Below are positions 20,791-28,961 of a stretch of DNA of 64,000 nt, piece after piece. Origin of the DNA: an uncultured Acidobacteriota bacterium (lineage in GTDB: Bacteria; Acidobacteriota; Thermoanaerobaculia; Multivoradales; UBA5704); NCBI GenBank assembly GCA_963700145.1, contig OY969474.1:3360001-3424000 (forward strand), read 5' to 3'. The first letter of the stretch is position 1; each line of letters starts with the position of its first letter. The translations under genes and the position numbers were made by a program. Below the pieces are notes generated by a model, which was given only the letters and a program-made list of their open reading frames with translations, made no database searches and had not been told where the DNA came from.

Positions 20791-20867
20791 TGGTGCGCCC
20801 TAGAGGATTCGAACCTCTGACCTACAGCTCCGGAGGCTGTCGCTCTATCCAGCTGAGCTAAGGGCGC
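20791..20867 (-). tRNA. tRNA-Arg(CCG)
   Basis: Reverse complement GCGCCCTTAGCTCAGCTGGATAGAGC...CTCCGGA...GGTTCGAATCC...GGGCGCACCA. Confidence 0.95.
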
Positions 20868-20873
20868 GCGAGG

Positions 20874-20950
20874 TGGGGTGAGTGAAGGGGATCGAACCCT
20901 CAACCACTGGAGCCACAGTCCAGCGCTCTACCGATTGAGCTACACTCACC
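20874..20950 (-). tRNA. tRNA-His(GTG)
   Basis: Reverse complement GGTGAGTGTAGCTCAATCGGTAGAGC..CTGTGGC..GGTTCGATCCC..CACTCACCCCA, with the G-1:C73 pair. Confidence 0.95.
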
Positions 20951-20966
20951 ACGCGGTTATTGAGAG

Positions 20967-21043
20967 TGGCCTGCCTGGAGGGATTCGAACCCCCGACCCG
21001 CGGCTTAGAAGGCCGCTGCTCTATCCAACTGAGCTACAGGCAG
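20967..21043 (-). tRNA. tRNA-Arg(TCT)
   Basis: Reverse complement CTGCCTGTAGCTCAGTTGGATAGAGC..CTTCTAA..GGTTCGAATCC..CAGGCAGGCCA. Confidence 0.95.
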
Positions 21044-21074
21044 CCGGTGGCGCGGACCCGCTCTGCCGTCGGTA

Positions 21075-21148
21075 TCGGGGCGCCCAGATTTGAACTGGGG
21101 ACCCCCTGCGCCCAAGGCAGGTGCGCTACCAGGCTGCGCCACGCCCCG
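21075..21148 (-). tRNA. tRNA-Pro(TGG), CCA not encoded
   Basis: Reverse complement CGGGGCGTGGCGCAGCCTGGTAGCGC..CTTGGGC..GTTCAAATC..GCCCCGA. Confidence 0.93.
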
Positions 21149-21165
21149 ACGGTGATCCGCCCGGC

Positions 21166-21195
21166 AGTCTAGGGCAGCGGGCTCCGTCGAGTCAA
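21166..21195 (-). promoter_or_regulatory. Sigma70-type promoter of the tRNA operon
   Basis: TTGACT-N18-TAGACT on the minus strand, 17 nt upstream of tRNA-Pro. Confidence 0.65.
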
Positions 21196-21244
21196 CGCAG
21201 GCCACACTCGACGCATTCCTCTGCAGCGTCCGGGTTGGGCTAGG

Positions 21245-23563
21245 TTACGGCTTTGCCGCCTGACGTTTCGCCGCCGCCGTCGCCCGCGGTGAACGGAGCG
21301 TCAGCTCGCCACCCGGGGCGAGATAGCCTTCAGCACAGGCCGACTCCTTCGGGGCCGCCGCGCCCCACAAGACGAGGAGGGCTTCCTGCGGCTCCAGCTC
21401 GCAGTAGCGGTAGGAGCCGGATGGCATCGCGGTCACGGTCGCGAGGTCGCCCGAGGCCGAGCCGCCGTTGCCGGCGAGAGCCCAGGACCTGAGCAAAGCA
21501 CCGCCCACAGGCTCTCCATCGAGCAGGACCAAAGGGAAGAGAGGGGTGACGAAATTGGAATCGGTGCGAGGGAGGTGCAGCGCTCCCTGGGTCTCCCCCA
21601 GCCGCAAGGTGACAGCCCTCGTCTCCTCGCCCAAGCGGACTCGCCACACCGCGAAGGGGTAACCCGGCGCCATGACGACGAGCCGAGCTCCGGACGTCTT
21701 CTGTGGCAGCTTCAGCTCGAAAGCCCCATCGAGGTCCGCCGCGGTTTGATCCGAGCCCGGCAGCGTGGGCGACCCGGCCGCCGGAAAGGCGTCCGCGAAC
21801 ACCTGCGCCCCGGCGACCGCCGCTCCGCCGGCCGACGTGACCCGCCCGCGCAGCACTCTCCGCGCTTCGACCACGAGATGCAGCGGCGGCGTCTCCGCCC
21901 CTTCGACGACGAGCACCTCGGCGGTGTCCGAGACTTCTCCGGCGACCGTCCTCGCTCGGGCCCAGACGAAACAGCGGCCGGGGAGCTGGCCCTGAATGGC
22001 AAAGCTGCCATCCCGCGCGGTCGTGCGGACAGCGCTACTGAGGCCAGGCTCGAACCGGGCGAGGTGGACCCAAGCGCCTGACACCGGCCTTCCGTCGCCG
22101 TCAACCACCGTGCCGCGAATGGCGGTGTCGGGAATCTCGATCTCGACGTCGCGGCGGCGTCGCACTTCCACCTCGAGCCCGGCGGCGTTGACCGGCGGAT
22201 CGTCGGCTTCGACGTCGACCGTCCAGGTTCCGCCTCGCGGGAGAACGGTCGAGAACTGCCCCTCCGTGTCCGACTCGGCCTCGATCTTCATGCCGCCGCG
22301 GCCGCGTTTGCCGCCGAAGAAGAGACGGCTTGCCAGCGGCTCCTCTCCGAAACGCACCGTGCCCACGACCTCGACCAGGGGCAGCTCGATGACGAGCTTC
22401 TGGGAGGTTTCGGCGAGGGTCACCTCGCGCCAGAAGAACTCGTTGCCGCCCGTGTCGAGCACCTGAACGACGTAGGTGCCGGTGGACAGAGGCGGTGAGC
22501 GCCAGCGGCCGGAACGGTCCGTGGCGCCCTCCGCCGCGTTGATGACGGAACCCTCCTCGGCTGCAAGCAGCAGCAGACGCCAGGGTTTTCGGTGCGGGTC
22601 ACGGGGAGGGTCTACAGACACCACGAAATGGCGTGCGGGGCGGAGCACGAGCGCCTCTCCGATCTCGAGGTCCTCGTCCTCGCGGACCGCGAGGGGCGTG
22701 ACCCGCACGGGCTGGAAATCCGGCTGCCGCGCCTCGAGCGTGTAGCTACCGGCGGGAATGCCGGCGAAGTTGAAGTAGCCCCAGGCATTGACCTGGGACG
22801 AAAAAACGAGCTGCCGGAGCTGAGGACCGTGCGCGCCGTCGGTCCCTCCGTAGACGACAGGCCGCAGCTCCACCTCGGCGTGCGCGGGATCCGCTGGCCC
22901 GGCATCGGTCGCGACGCGGCCGAGCACCGATGCGCCCTTCCGCAGATGGAGACCGCCGAGCGCCTTCGCCTGGCGCGGTTCGAGAGTGAGGTTCCAGAAG
23001 TAGAAGGGCGCGAATCCCTCCGCCTTCGCCCGCAGATCCCACCGGCCCGCCGGCGTCAGGCACTCGATCTCGCCCTTCTCGGTCGCGGGGCAGGCGATCT
23101 CGGCCTCCGCTGGCTGAGCGCCGGACGCTGCCGGTGGGATCGACGCCGAACGCTCCACGAGCCGCAGGCGCAGCTCCTTCGGCATCGTCGCCCCGGAGGG
23201 AGGCCGCACTTGCGCCGTGACCTCGGCAGCCGGCCAAAGCGTGAGTCGCACCGCCGCCTGCTCCTGGGCGGAGAGCTCGACCGGGGCGCTCCAGAGGCCT
23301 TCGGCCGAAGCCTCCAGCCGCCAGCGGGTCTCGTCAGGAAGATCGACCAACGTTTCGAACTTGCCCGCGGGCAGGATGATGGTCATGGCCGCGCGATCGG
23401 CCCCCGCGCTTCCCAGAGGCGAAGCCGTGAGGACGATCGACGAGGGCACAGCGCCCCGAACCGCGACCGAGACCGCGGTCGAAGCCGCCGCACCCTCGGC
23501 GGGCAGCAGGAGCCCTGCAGCCACGGCGGCCGCGTTCAGCACGCGGTGAAGCGAAGCAGCCAT
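21245..23563 (-). CDS. Secreted protein with repeated carboxypeptidase-regulatory-like (transthyretin-fold) domains
   Basis: N-terminal signal-like segment; recurring G.V.D..G.PV.GA.V and G.F.F..(L/I)P.G.Y.L motifs. Confidence 0.75.
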   Translation of the reverse strand: MAASLHRVLNAAAVAAGLLLPAEGAAASTAVSVAVRGAVPSSIVLTASPLGSAGADRAAMTIILPAGKFETLVDLPDETRWRLEASAEGLWSAPVELSAQEQAAVRLTLWPAAEVTAQVRPPSGATMPKELRLRLVERSASIPPAASGAQPAEAEIACPATEKGEIECLTPAGRWDLRAKAEGFAPFYFWNLTLEPRQAKALGGLHLRKGASVLGRVATDAGPADPAHAEVELRPVVYGGTDGAHGPQLRQLVFSSQVNAWGYFNFAGIPAGSYTLEARQPDFQPVRVTPLAVREDEDLEIGEALVLRPARHFVVSVDPPRDPHRKPWRLLLLAAEEGSVINAAEGATDRSGRWRSPPLSTGTYVVQVLDTGGNEFFWREVTLAETSQKLVIELPLVEVVGTVRFGEEPLASRLFFGGKRGRGGMKIEAESDTEGQFSTVLPRGGTWTVDVEADDPPVNAAGLEVEVRRRRDVEIEIPDTAIRGTVVDGDGRPVSGAWVHLARFEPGLSSAVRTTARDGSFAIQGQLPGRCFVWARARTVAGEVSDTAEVLVVEGAETPPLHLVVEARRVLRGRVTSAGGAAVAGAQVFADAFPAAGSPTLPGSDQTAADLDGAFELKLPQKTSGARLVVMAPGYPFAVWRVRLGEETRAVTLRLGETQGALHLPRTDSNFVTPLFPLVLLDGEPVGGALLRSWALAGNGGSASGDLATVTAMPSGSYRYCELEPQEALLVLWGAAAPKESACAEGYLAPGGELTLRSPRATAAAKRQAAKP

Positions 23564-23591
23564 CAGCTCGCCCTAGTGAGTCGCGATGTCG

Positions 23592-23966
23592 TCAGGCTGC
23601 CGGGCGGGCGGGCCCTGAGCACATGGCGGGCGCCGAAGAAAGAGAATCGAAGCGCACCAGGTCAGCCAGCTCGAATCCCAGCCCGGGCTGGCCGGCCGCG
23701 AGAACGATGTTGGCGCCGGGAGCCATCATTCCGTTTTCATCGATGCAGCTCCCCGGGAGCTCGACGCATGAGAATCCCGTGCAGCCCCAGCCCGACAAAC
23801 GGCAGTAGCCGTTGGTGTCGTTGCAGAAGTTGTATCCCGTCACACCCGGGTTGACGTCATAGCAGCCGATGGTGGCGCTGCAAGTCCTGCAGTACGCCAT
23901 GGCGGGTGAGGCTGCCACACCAACGAGAGCCAAAACGAGGAACACCCGGAAACTGAACAGTTTCAT
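23592..23966 (-). CDS. Small secreted Cys-rich protein
   Basis: AAGGAG RBS; signal peptide MKLFSFRVFLVLALVGVAASPAMA; 8 Cys in the next ~50 aa. Confidence 0.75.
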   Translation of the reverse strand: MKLFSFRVFLVLALVGVAASPAMAYCRTCSATIGCYDVNPGVTGYNFCNDTNGYCRLSGWGCTGFSCVELPGSCIDENGMMAPGANIVLAAGQPGLGFELADLVRFDSLSSAPAMCSGPARPAA

Positions 23967-24219
23967 CACGCGTTCTCCTTTCGCTTCGCTGAGATTAATT
24001 CCCTGCAACGTTCTCTCTTAGTTGCTAAGGTGTCCAGGCTAACTCAAGGTGGGACAAAAAGACAAGAAACTGCGGTAAGCAGCACCGCAAGATCTTTCAG
24101 CGGGACAGCGCTATGGCCACGCCGGGCCCGGCACGGTCTTGCGACCGTGTGGCACTATCGGAATGCGGGCGTCCCGCGCCGCTCCGGTCCGGGGTCCGAC
24201 CCGCCGGAGGATGAATCCC

Positions 24220-24540
24220 ATGAAAGGTTTGCGAAGAGCGGCCCTCGGGCTGGCGGTGGTGGTGTGTCTGCTGACGGTGGCCCCGGCCGCCTGGGCGGGG
24301 GCGATGGACACGCCGGCGCGGACGGACGCGGGCGGCTGGATCGCCGGGTGGCTCGAGCGCGTCGCCCGCTGGATGAGCTGGGCCGATCAGCCGGGGCCTG
24401 GTGAGGGGGACGCTGGCCGGGTGCGGCCGGTGTTCGAGAACAACCATTGTGGACTCGACCCCAACGGCACTCCGAAGCCCTGCCCTCCAGGGACGGCTCC
24501 CGAGCCGCCTGAGAACTCAGGTGGCCCCTTGGCAGGCTGA
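24220..24540 (+). CDS. Small secreted peptide precursor with DPNG motif (copy A)
   Basis: GGAGG RBS; signal peptide ending AWA; Trp-rich amphipathic helix; HCGLDPNG..PC. Paralog at 37373. Confidence 0.75.
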   Translation: MKGLRRAALGLAVVVCLLTVAPAAWAGAMDTPARTDAGGWIAGWLERVARWMSWADQPGPGEGDAGRVRPVFENNHCGLDPNGTPKPCPPGTAPEPPENSGGPLAG

Positions 24541-24585
24541 TCGCCGACGAGCGGACGCGCGATTCCGTATAAAATTGCTCCACCA

Positions 24586-25908
24586 GTGGACAACGAGCGC
24601 GAGCACTCGATCTCCCCCGACGTGCTGGCTCGCTTCGCAGCCGGCGAGGCGACCCCCGAGGAGCACCGCCTCGTCGGTCGTCACCTTCTCGCCGGCTGCG
24701 GCACTTGCACGCAGGCGCTCTCCCTTGTCGCCTTCCCCGAGGAACTAGGCCCGCCGGCCGGCGCCTACGATCAAGCTTTCGCGGTCGTCGACCGGGATGT
24801 GGCCGCGGAGCTGAAGCGCCGCCACCCTCCCGTGCAGAAGCTGCTCGCCGAGCTCGACCGGCTGCCCGCCGAGCGGCAGGAGCTGAAGGTCCGCAACGGC
24901 GCGCGCTATGCCTCGCTGGAGCTGTCCGCGGCCTACGTCGAGCGGAGCCACGAAGTCCGCTACCGGGACTCGGGCGAGATGCTCCGTTTCGCCCGCTTGG
25001 CGCTCGCCGCGGCGGAGGCGGCGGCCTGCGCCGGCCCCGGGCCGCGCTCGCTAGTCAACGACGGATTGGCTCGCGCCTGGGCCCAGGCGGGGACCGCGCA
25101 TCGCGTTCGCAGCGAGGTCGCGCAGGCGGCGGCTGCATTCGAGAGGGCCGATGCGTTTCGGAGGAGCGGTAGCGGCGACACCGCGCTGCACGCCGTGTTG
25201 GCTAGCCAGACCGCCTCTTTCCGTAGTTTTCAGCGTGAGTTCGGGCCGGCAATTCATCTCTATAGGGTTGCAGCGCACCTCTACAGAAAACTGCGCGACC
25301 GTAGAGGCGAGGTCAATGCGCTCATCGGGTTCGCGCTCGTCAAGGTCGCTTCGGGGCAGCCGCAGGATGCCATTGCCCCCCTCCAGCGGTGTTTACCGAT
25401 GCTCACCGGCCGCCCGCACGATCTCGATCTCCTTTGGGCCGCGACGCAGAATCTCGTCTACTGCTTCGTCGAGCTTCAGCAACCCGCCCACGCCTACGAT
25501 CTCCTTGCCCTCTCCGAGCCGCAGTTCGCGGAGTGCACCGACGAGCTGGTCCACCTGCGCGTCGGCTGGGTGAAGGGGAAGGTGGAGCGCGAGCTCGGCC
25601 TTTACGGCGCGGCGCAGTTCCGGCTCGAGCAGGTGCGCGACACCTACATGCGGAAGGACCTGACGGTCGAGGTCGCCGTCGTTTCGCTCGACCTGGCGGA
25701 GGTCTACGCGCGCCAGGGGCTCGTCGCGCAGTTGGTCGGCACCGTGGCCGAGACGATCCCCCTCTTCCAGTCGCTCGGCGTCGGGCGCGAGCTGATCGCC
25801 GCGCTTTTGAAGCTCCAGGAGATCGCCCGCTCCCAGCGGGCCGCCGTCGCGCTGCTGCGCGACGTGGCGAAGAAGTTCCAGGAAAGCCTGCCGCAGCTCA
25901 GCCGTTAG
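24586..25908 (+). CDS. TPR-repeat protein with N-terminal zf-HC2-like (anti-sigma-type) HxxxxCxxC motif (copy A)
   Basis: HLLAGCGTC; helical repeats such as LARAWAQAGTAHRV..A..AFERA. Paralog at 37779. Confidence 0.8.
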   Translation: MDNEREHSISPDVLARFAAGEATPEEHRLVGRHLLAGCGTCTQALSLVAFPEELGPPAGAYDQAFAVVDRDVAAELKRRHPPVQKLLAELDRLPAERQELKVRNGARYASLELSAAYVERSHEVRYRDSGEMLRFARLALAAAEAAACAGPGPRSLVNDGLARAWAQAGTAHRVRSEVAQAAAAFERADAFRRSGSGDTALHAVLASQTASFRSFQREFGPAIHLYRVAAHLYRKLRDRRGEVNALIGFALVKVASGQPQDAIAPLQRCLPMLTGRPHDLDLLWAATQNLVYCFVELQQPAHAYDLLALSEPQFAECTDELVHLRVGWVKGKVERELGLYGAAQFRLEQVRDTYMRKDLTVEVAVVSLDLAEVYARQGLVAQLVGTVAETIPLFQSLGVGRELIAALLKLQEIARSQRAAVALLRDVAKKFQESLPQLSR

Positions 25909-26335
25909 GCCAGGGCGGCACTTCGGGCATCTCGCGGTCGAGCTCCGCGAAGAGGCGCTCGATCTCCTCGTCGCTGAAGATCCCCTTCTCTTTGAGTCTC
26001 CAGATCAGCACGCGGAGGCTCGCGTGCCGCACGAGGCGCGCGCTGAGCGGGTACGCGGGGTGGGGCGGCGCGGCCGCGGGCTTGCCGCGCACGTCGGGGG
26101 GGCCGTAGACCTCCTCGAAGAACTCCACTGGGGAGACGTCGAGCGCGGCGAGGATGCCGGCGATGTGCACGTAGCGCAGCTCGATCGCGCCGCTGAACAC
26201 CTGGCGGAGGTAGTCGTGCCGCCGGCCGATGAGGATCCCGACTTCGCGGAGCGACATGCGCTTGCGGCGGATGATCTCCCGCAAAGCCGTTCGCACCCGA
26301 ATCATTTCGGCGTCGGCCTGTTGGCTGAGATCCAC
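25898..26335 (-). CDS. XRE/Cro-like HTH protein (copy A), probably leaderless
   Basis: LREIIRRKRMSLREVGILIG...YLRQVFSGAIELRYVHI..IL.ALDVSP.EFF. Paralog at 39045. Confidence 0.8.
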   Translation of the reverse strand: MDLSQQADAEMIRVRTALREIIRRKRMSLREVGILIGRRHDYLRQVFSGAIELRYVHIAGILAALDVSPVEFFEEVYGPPDVRGKPAAAPPHPAYPLSARLVRHASLRVLIWRLKEKGIFSDEEIERLFAELDREMPEVPPWPNG

Positions 26336-26341
26336 GCCGGG

Positions 26342-26422
26342 ATTCTACCTCTAGTGTTGCGTTAGTCAACAACAGTAAGGCTAGGCGGCACGTTGACATG
26401 CAGTCGCTAGCTGTGCTGTCAT
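26342..26422. promoter_or_regulatory. Divergent sigma70-type promoters
   Basis: Minus strand TTGACT(26369)-N16-TAGAAT(26342), 6 nt before the HTH GTG. Plus strand TTGACA(26393)-N18-TGTCAT. Confidence 0.55.
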
Positions 26423-26455
26423 CCACTTCGTGCCGAGCCTTTACACCTCTCCGGA

Positions 26456-27238
26456 GTGGCATCTACGCTGTTGGCCCACCTGAGCCACTTCGATGCGCTC
26501 TTCCTGCTCGCGCCCCTGCCGCGGGCCGAGCGGCGGCAGCTCGCGCACGCTCTCGTCTGCGACGCCTGCCGCGCGGTCCTGCGCGAAGTCCTCGCGGCGC
26601 AGACGCCCGCCGCTTCGCCTGAGACTCCCGCCTCCCGCCGCGCCCGCCCTCTCGACTACAGCGCCATGTGGACCGCTCTCGAGAAGAAGCTCGCGGCCGA
26701 GGTGCCGGAGATTTTCCGCGAGCGCGAAGCCGCCCAGCGCGAACTCGACAAGCTGCTGCGCCTGCGGCGAGACCAGCGCGCCGCCGTCGCGCGCCCCTCG
26801 GCCTCCCTCGCCATCCTCCTCCTCGACAAGAGCGCTGAGGTCACCGCCGCGGACCCGCGCGAAGGCGAGCACCTGGCGCGCCTGGTCATCACGATGGTGG
26901 GGAAGCTCGACGTCGCGCACGTGCCGATCACCCTCATCGCCGAGCTGACCAGCCAAGCCTGGGCGCTCGTCGGCAACGCGCGGCGCCACCGGCGCGATCT
27001 GACGGGCGCCGACTGGGCGTTCCAGCAAGCCCAGGCCCGCCTCGACCTGGCAACCGACCTTGCCGTCAACGCCACCTTCTGCCGGCTGCTCGCCGAGCTG
27101 CGCCGCGAGCAAGGCCGCACCGAAGAGGCCCTCGCCCTGGGCGAACGGGCGCGCGTCCTCTTCACCCAAGTCCACAAGCTCGCCGATTCGACTTCGGGCC
27201 CGGGCATTCCGCCCGGTCCCGGTTCACAGGAGACGTGA
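26456..27238 (+). CDS. Short Zn-finger/TPR-like protein (start uncertain)
   Basis: HALVCDAC; LTSQAWALVGNARR..DL..A..AFQQA repeat, matching the long TPR paralogs. Confidence 0.7.
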   Translation: MASTLLAHLSHFDALFLLAPLPRAERRQLAHALVCDACRAVLREVLAAQTPAASPETPASRRARPLDYSAMWTALEKKLAAEVPEIFREREAAQRELDKLLRLRRDQRAAVARPSASLAILLLDKSAEVTAADPREGEHLARLVITMVGKLDVAHVPITLIAELTSQAWALVGNARRHRRDLTGADWAFQQAQARLDLATDLAVNATFCRLLAELRREQGRTEEALALGERARVLFTQVHKLADSTSGPGIPPGPGSQET

Positions 27239-27239
27239 C

Positions 27240-27461
27240 ATGGCCAAGCCCCAGAAATCGCCCCCGACCCCCGTCACCGAGCAGCTCAAAGCCGAGCGCA
27301 TCCAGGAGCTCCACGAGCTCCTGGCGAGCCGTCCCGACCTGCTCCTGAGGGGCCTCCAGGTTCCGTTCGGCCCGCTGACCCTCTACCTCACCCCCGCCGA
27401 CGGCAAGACCCTCACCAAGGAGGACCTGGAGTTCGCGGCGGTCCTCCAGAAGGCGGCCTGA
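27240..27461 (+). CDS. Small protein resembling the C-terminal part of a pterin-4a-carbinolamine dehydratase (PCD)-like fold
   Basis: AGGAG RBS; LTLYLTP..G.TLTKEDLEFA aligns with LTLRLTT..G.VTRADVELA of 35698..36105. Confidence 0.55.
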   Translation: MAKPQKSPPTPVTEQLKAERIQELHELLASRPDLLLRGLQVPFGPLTLYLTPADGKTLTKEDLEFAAVLQKAA

Positions 27462-27505
27462 CGCCGGTGCTGGGGGCTCGACGCCCTCTGCGGAGGACGA
27501 AAAGC

Positions 27506-27736
27506 CGGTATCGGGGCTTGCTCCCTCGGTATCGAGCCCTGATACCTCCGGATCAGGCGCTGCGACCTAGGTATCAGACGCTGCGACCTAGGGAGCGGGC
27601 GCTGCGACCTAGGTATCGGGCGCTCCTACCTCCGGATCAGGCGCCGCTACCCCTGGATGGGGCCCTGCTACCCAGGTATCACGGGCCGATACCCCCGTAT
27701 GGAGCGCTGATACCTCCGTATCGGCGCTTCCTACCC
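27506..27736. repeat. Tandem array A: 11 x 21-bp degenerate palindromic units (GGTATC-N7-GATACC-like core)
   Basis: Units read directly, e.g. CGGTATCGAGCCCTGATACCT, AGGTATCAGACGCTGCGACCT, CCGTATGGAGCGCTGATACCT; no indels. Confidence 0.9.
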
Positions 27737-27762
27737 ACCAACAACTCAAGGAGAGAACCGTC

Positions 27763-28188
27763 ATGCCCGACGCATCGCTAGGAGAGAAGCTCAAGAACTG
27801 GAGGCTGCTGTCCGAGGGCCTGAAGCTCCGCATCGAAGAGGTCCCCTTCCTCAAGGAGGACCACACCGAGCTGAGCGCCCTGGTCGAGCAGATCGATTCC
27901 CTCATGCAGCAGACCGACGTGCACGAGGGCCGGCTCCGCGAGGCGATCCGCCAGAGGGGGATCGCCGAGGACCGGACCGCCGAGCTGTACGGCCGCATGG
28001 TGGCCCGCCTCAAAGGCACCTACGGCAAGAGGTCCAACCTGCTCCACGAGATCGGCCTGCGGCCCGAGGCCCCGCCCGTGCGGTTGTCGAAGAAGGACGA
28101 GCCCGAGCCGCCGGCCCCCGGCACCACACCCACCCAACCCCCCGCTTCGGCCCCGGCGTCGGCTGAGGAGGAGCCGACCGCCGGCTGA
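27763..28188 (+). CDS. Helical coiled-coil protein with Pro-rich tail (copy A)
   Basis: AAGGAG RBS; YGKRSNLLHEIGLRP motif. Paralog 34947..35345 has FGGKSQTLREFLVKP. Confidence 0.8.
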   Translation: MPDASLGEKLKNWRLLSEGLKLRIEEVPFLKEDHTELSALVEQIDSLMQQTDVHEGRLREAIRQRGIAEDRTAELYGRMVARLKGTYGKRSNLLHEIGLRPEAPPVRLSKKDEPEPPAPGTTPTQPPASAPASAEEEPTAG

Positions 28189-28202
28189 CCGAGCGGGCCC
28201 AG

Positions 28203-28249
28203 CACAACGGCCGCCGGCGGAGATCTGACCTCCGCCGGCGGCGCACCGC
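28203..28249 (+). repeat. 47-bp hairpin element (REP-like or terminator-like), identical inverted copy at 34895-34941
   Basis: CACAACG-GCCGCCGGCGGAG-ATCTGAC-CTCCGCCGGCGGC-GCACCGC; 13-bp stem, no U-tract. Confidence 0.9.
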
Positions 28250-28290
28250 TCTCTCACAACACGGCGCGTCGAACGAATGGAGGTTCTCGA

Positions 28291-28704
28291 ATGCCCGCCC
28301 CGAAGCGACCCACCCCGCAAGGCCCCGCCGAGCCGCCCGTCGGCGCCGGCGAGGCGTTCCGCGAGACCTTCGCGGCCCTCTTCCCCTACACCCCGCTGCA
28401 GCACAGTTTGGGCAGTCTCTTGGCGAGCTTGGCCGAGTTCGCCGCGACCCTGCCGGCCTTGGAGCCGCCCGGCGAAGTGACGCAGATGGAGACCGCGCTG
28501 CGCGCCGCCGCCGCCGACCTCCGGTACCTCGAGCGCTTCCTCTCGGGGCTCGGCCGCAAGGCCTCCGACCGGAAGCTCCTCCAGACCGACCGCCAGCTCG
28601 CCCGCGGCGCGGGACGGCTGGTCATTCGGGTAGGCGCCGCCGCCCAGGCGATCGACGAGATGGTCGACGCGGCGCAGGCGGCCCGCCGCGCGGAGGCCGG
28701 GTGA
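28291..28704 (+). CDS. Hypothetical helical protein
   Basis: GGAGG RBS, ATG start, high-GC3 codon usage. Confidence 0.6.
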   Translation: MPAPKRPTPQGPAEPPVGAGEAFRETFAALFPYTPLQHSLGSLLASLAEFAATLPALEPPGEVTQMETALRAAAADLRYLERFLSGLGRKASDRKLLQTDRQLARGAGRLVIRVGAAAQAIDEMVDAAQAARRAEAG

Positions 28705-28961
28705 TGGCGACCTCCGGCCCCTTCCCGCCGAAGCTTCTCCTCCCCCTGCGCATCGCGCGCTTCGACGGCGGCCTCCTCGCGAGCCTCCGGCGGCCGGCCG
28801 AGGCGCCGCGCAACGGCTGGCTCCACCCGTGCGACTGGGTCCTCGTCCGCTGGGGGCGGCCCGGCAAGCACGACGTCCAGGCCGGCCGCGACTGGCAGAC
28901 CCCCGCGCCGGAGGTCCCGGGCGAGGCGCTGACGATCGGTGAGGACTGAGGAGGCGTCCCC

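Noticed and set aside
20595-21205. Small ORFs overlapping the tRNA cluster
   Set aside because: Spurious translations of tRNA genes.
28203-28249. Hairpin as a classical intrinsic terminator
   Set aside because: No U-tract on either side, and identity extends beyond the stem in the second copy; kept as a repeat instead.
28701-28949. 82-aa ORF between cargo genes
   Set aside because: No recognisable motif or clear RBS; it may be real but cannot be supported.
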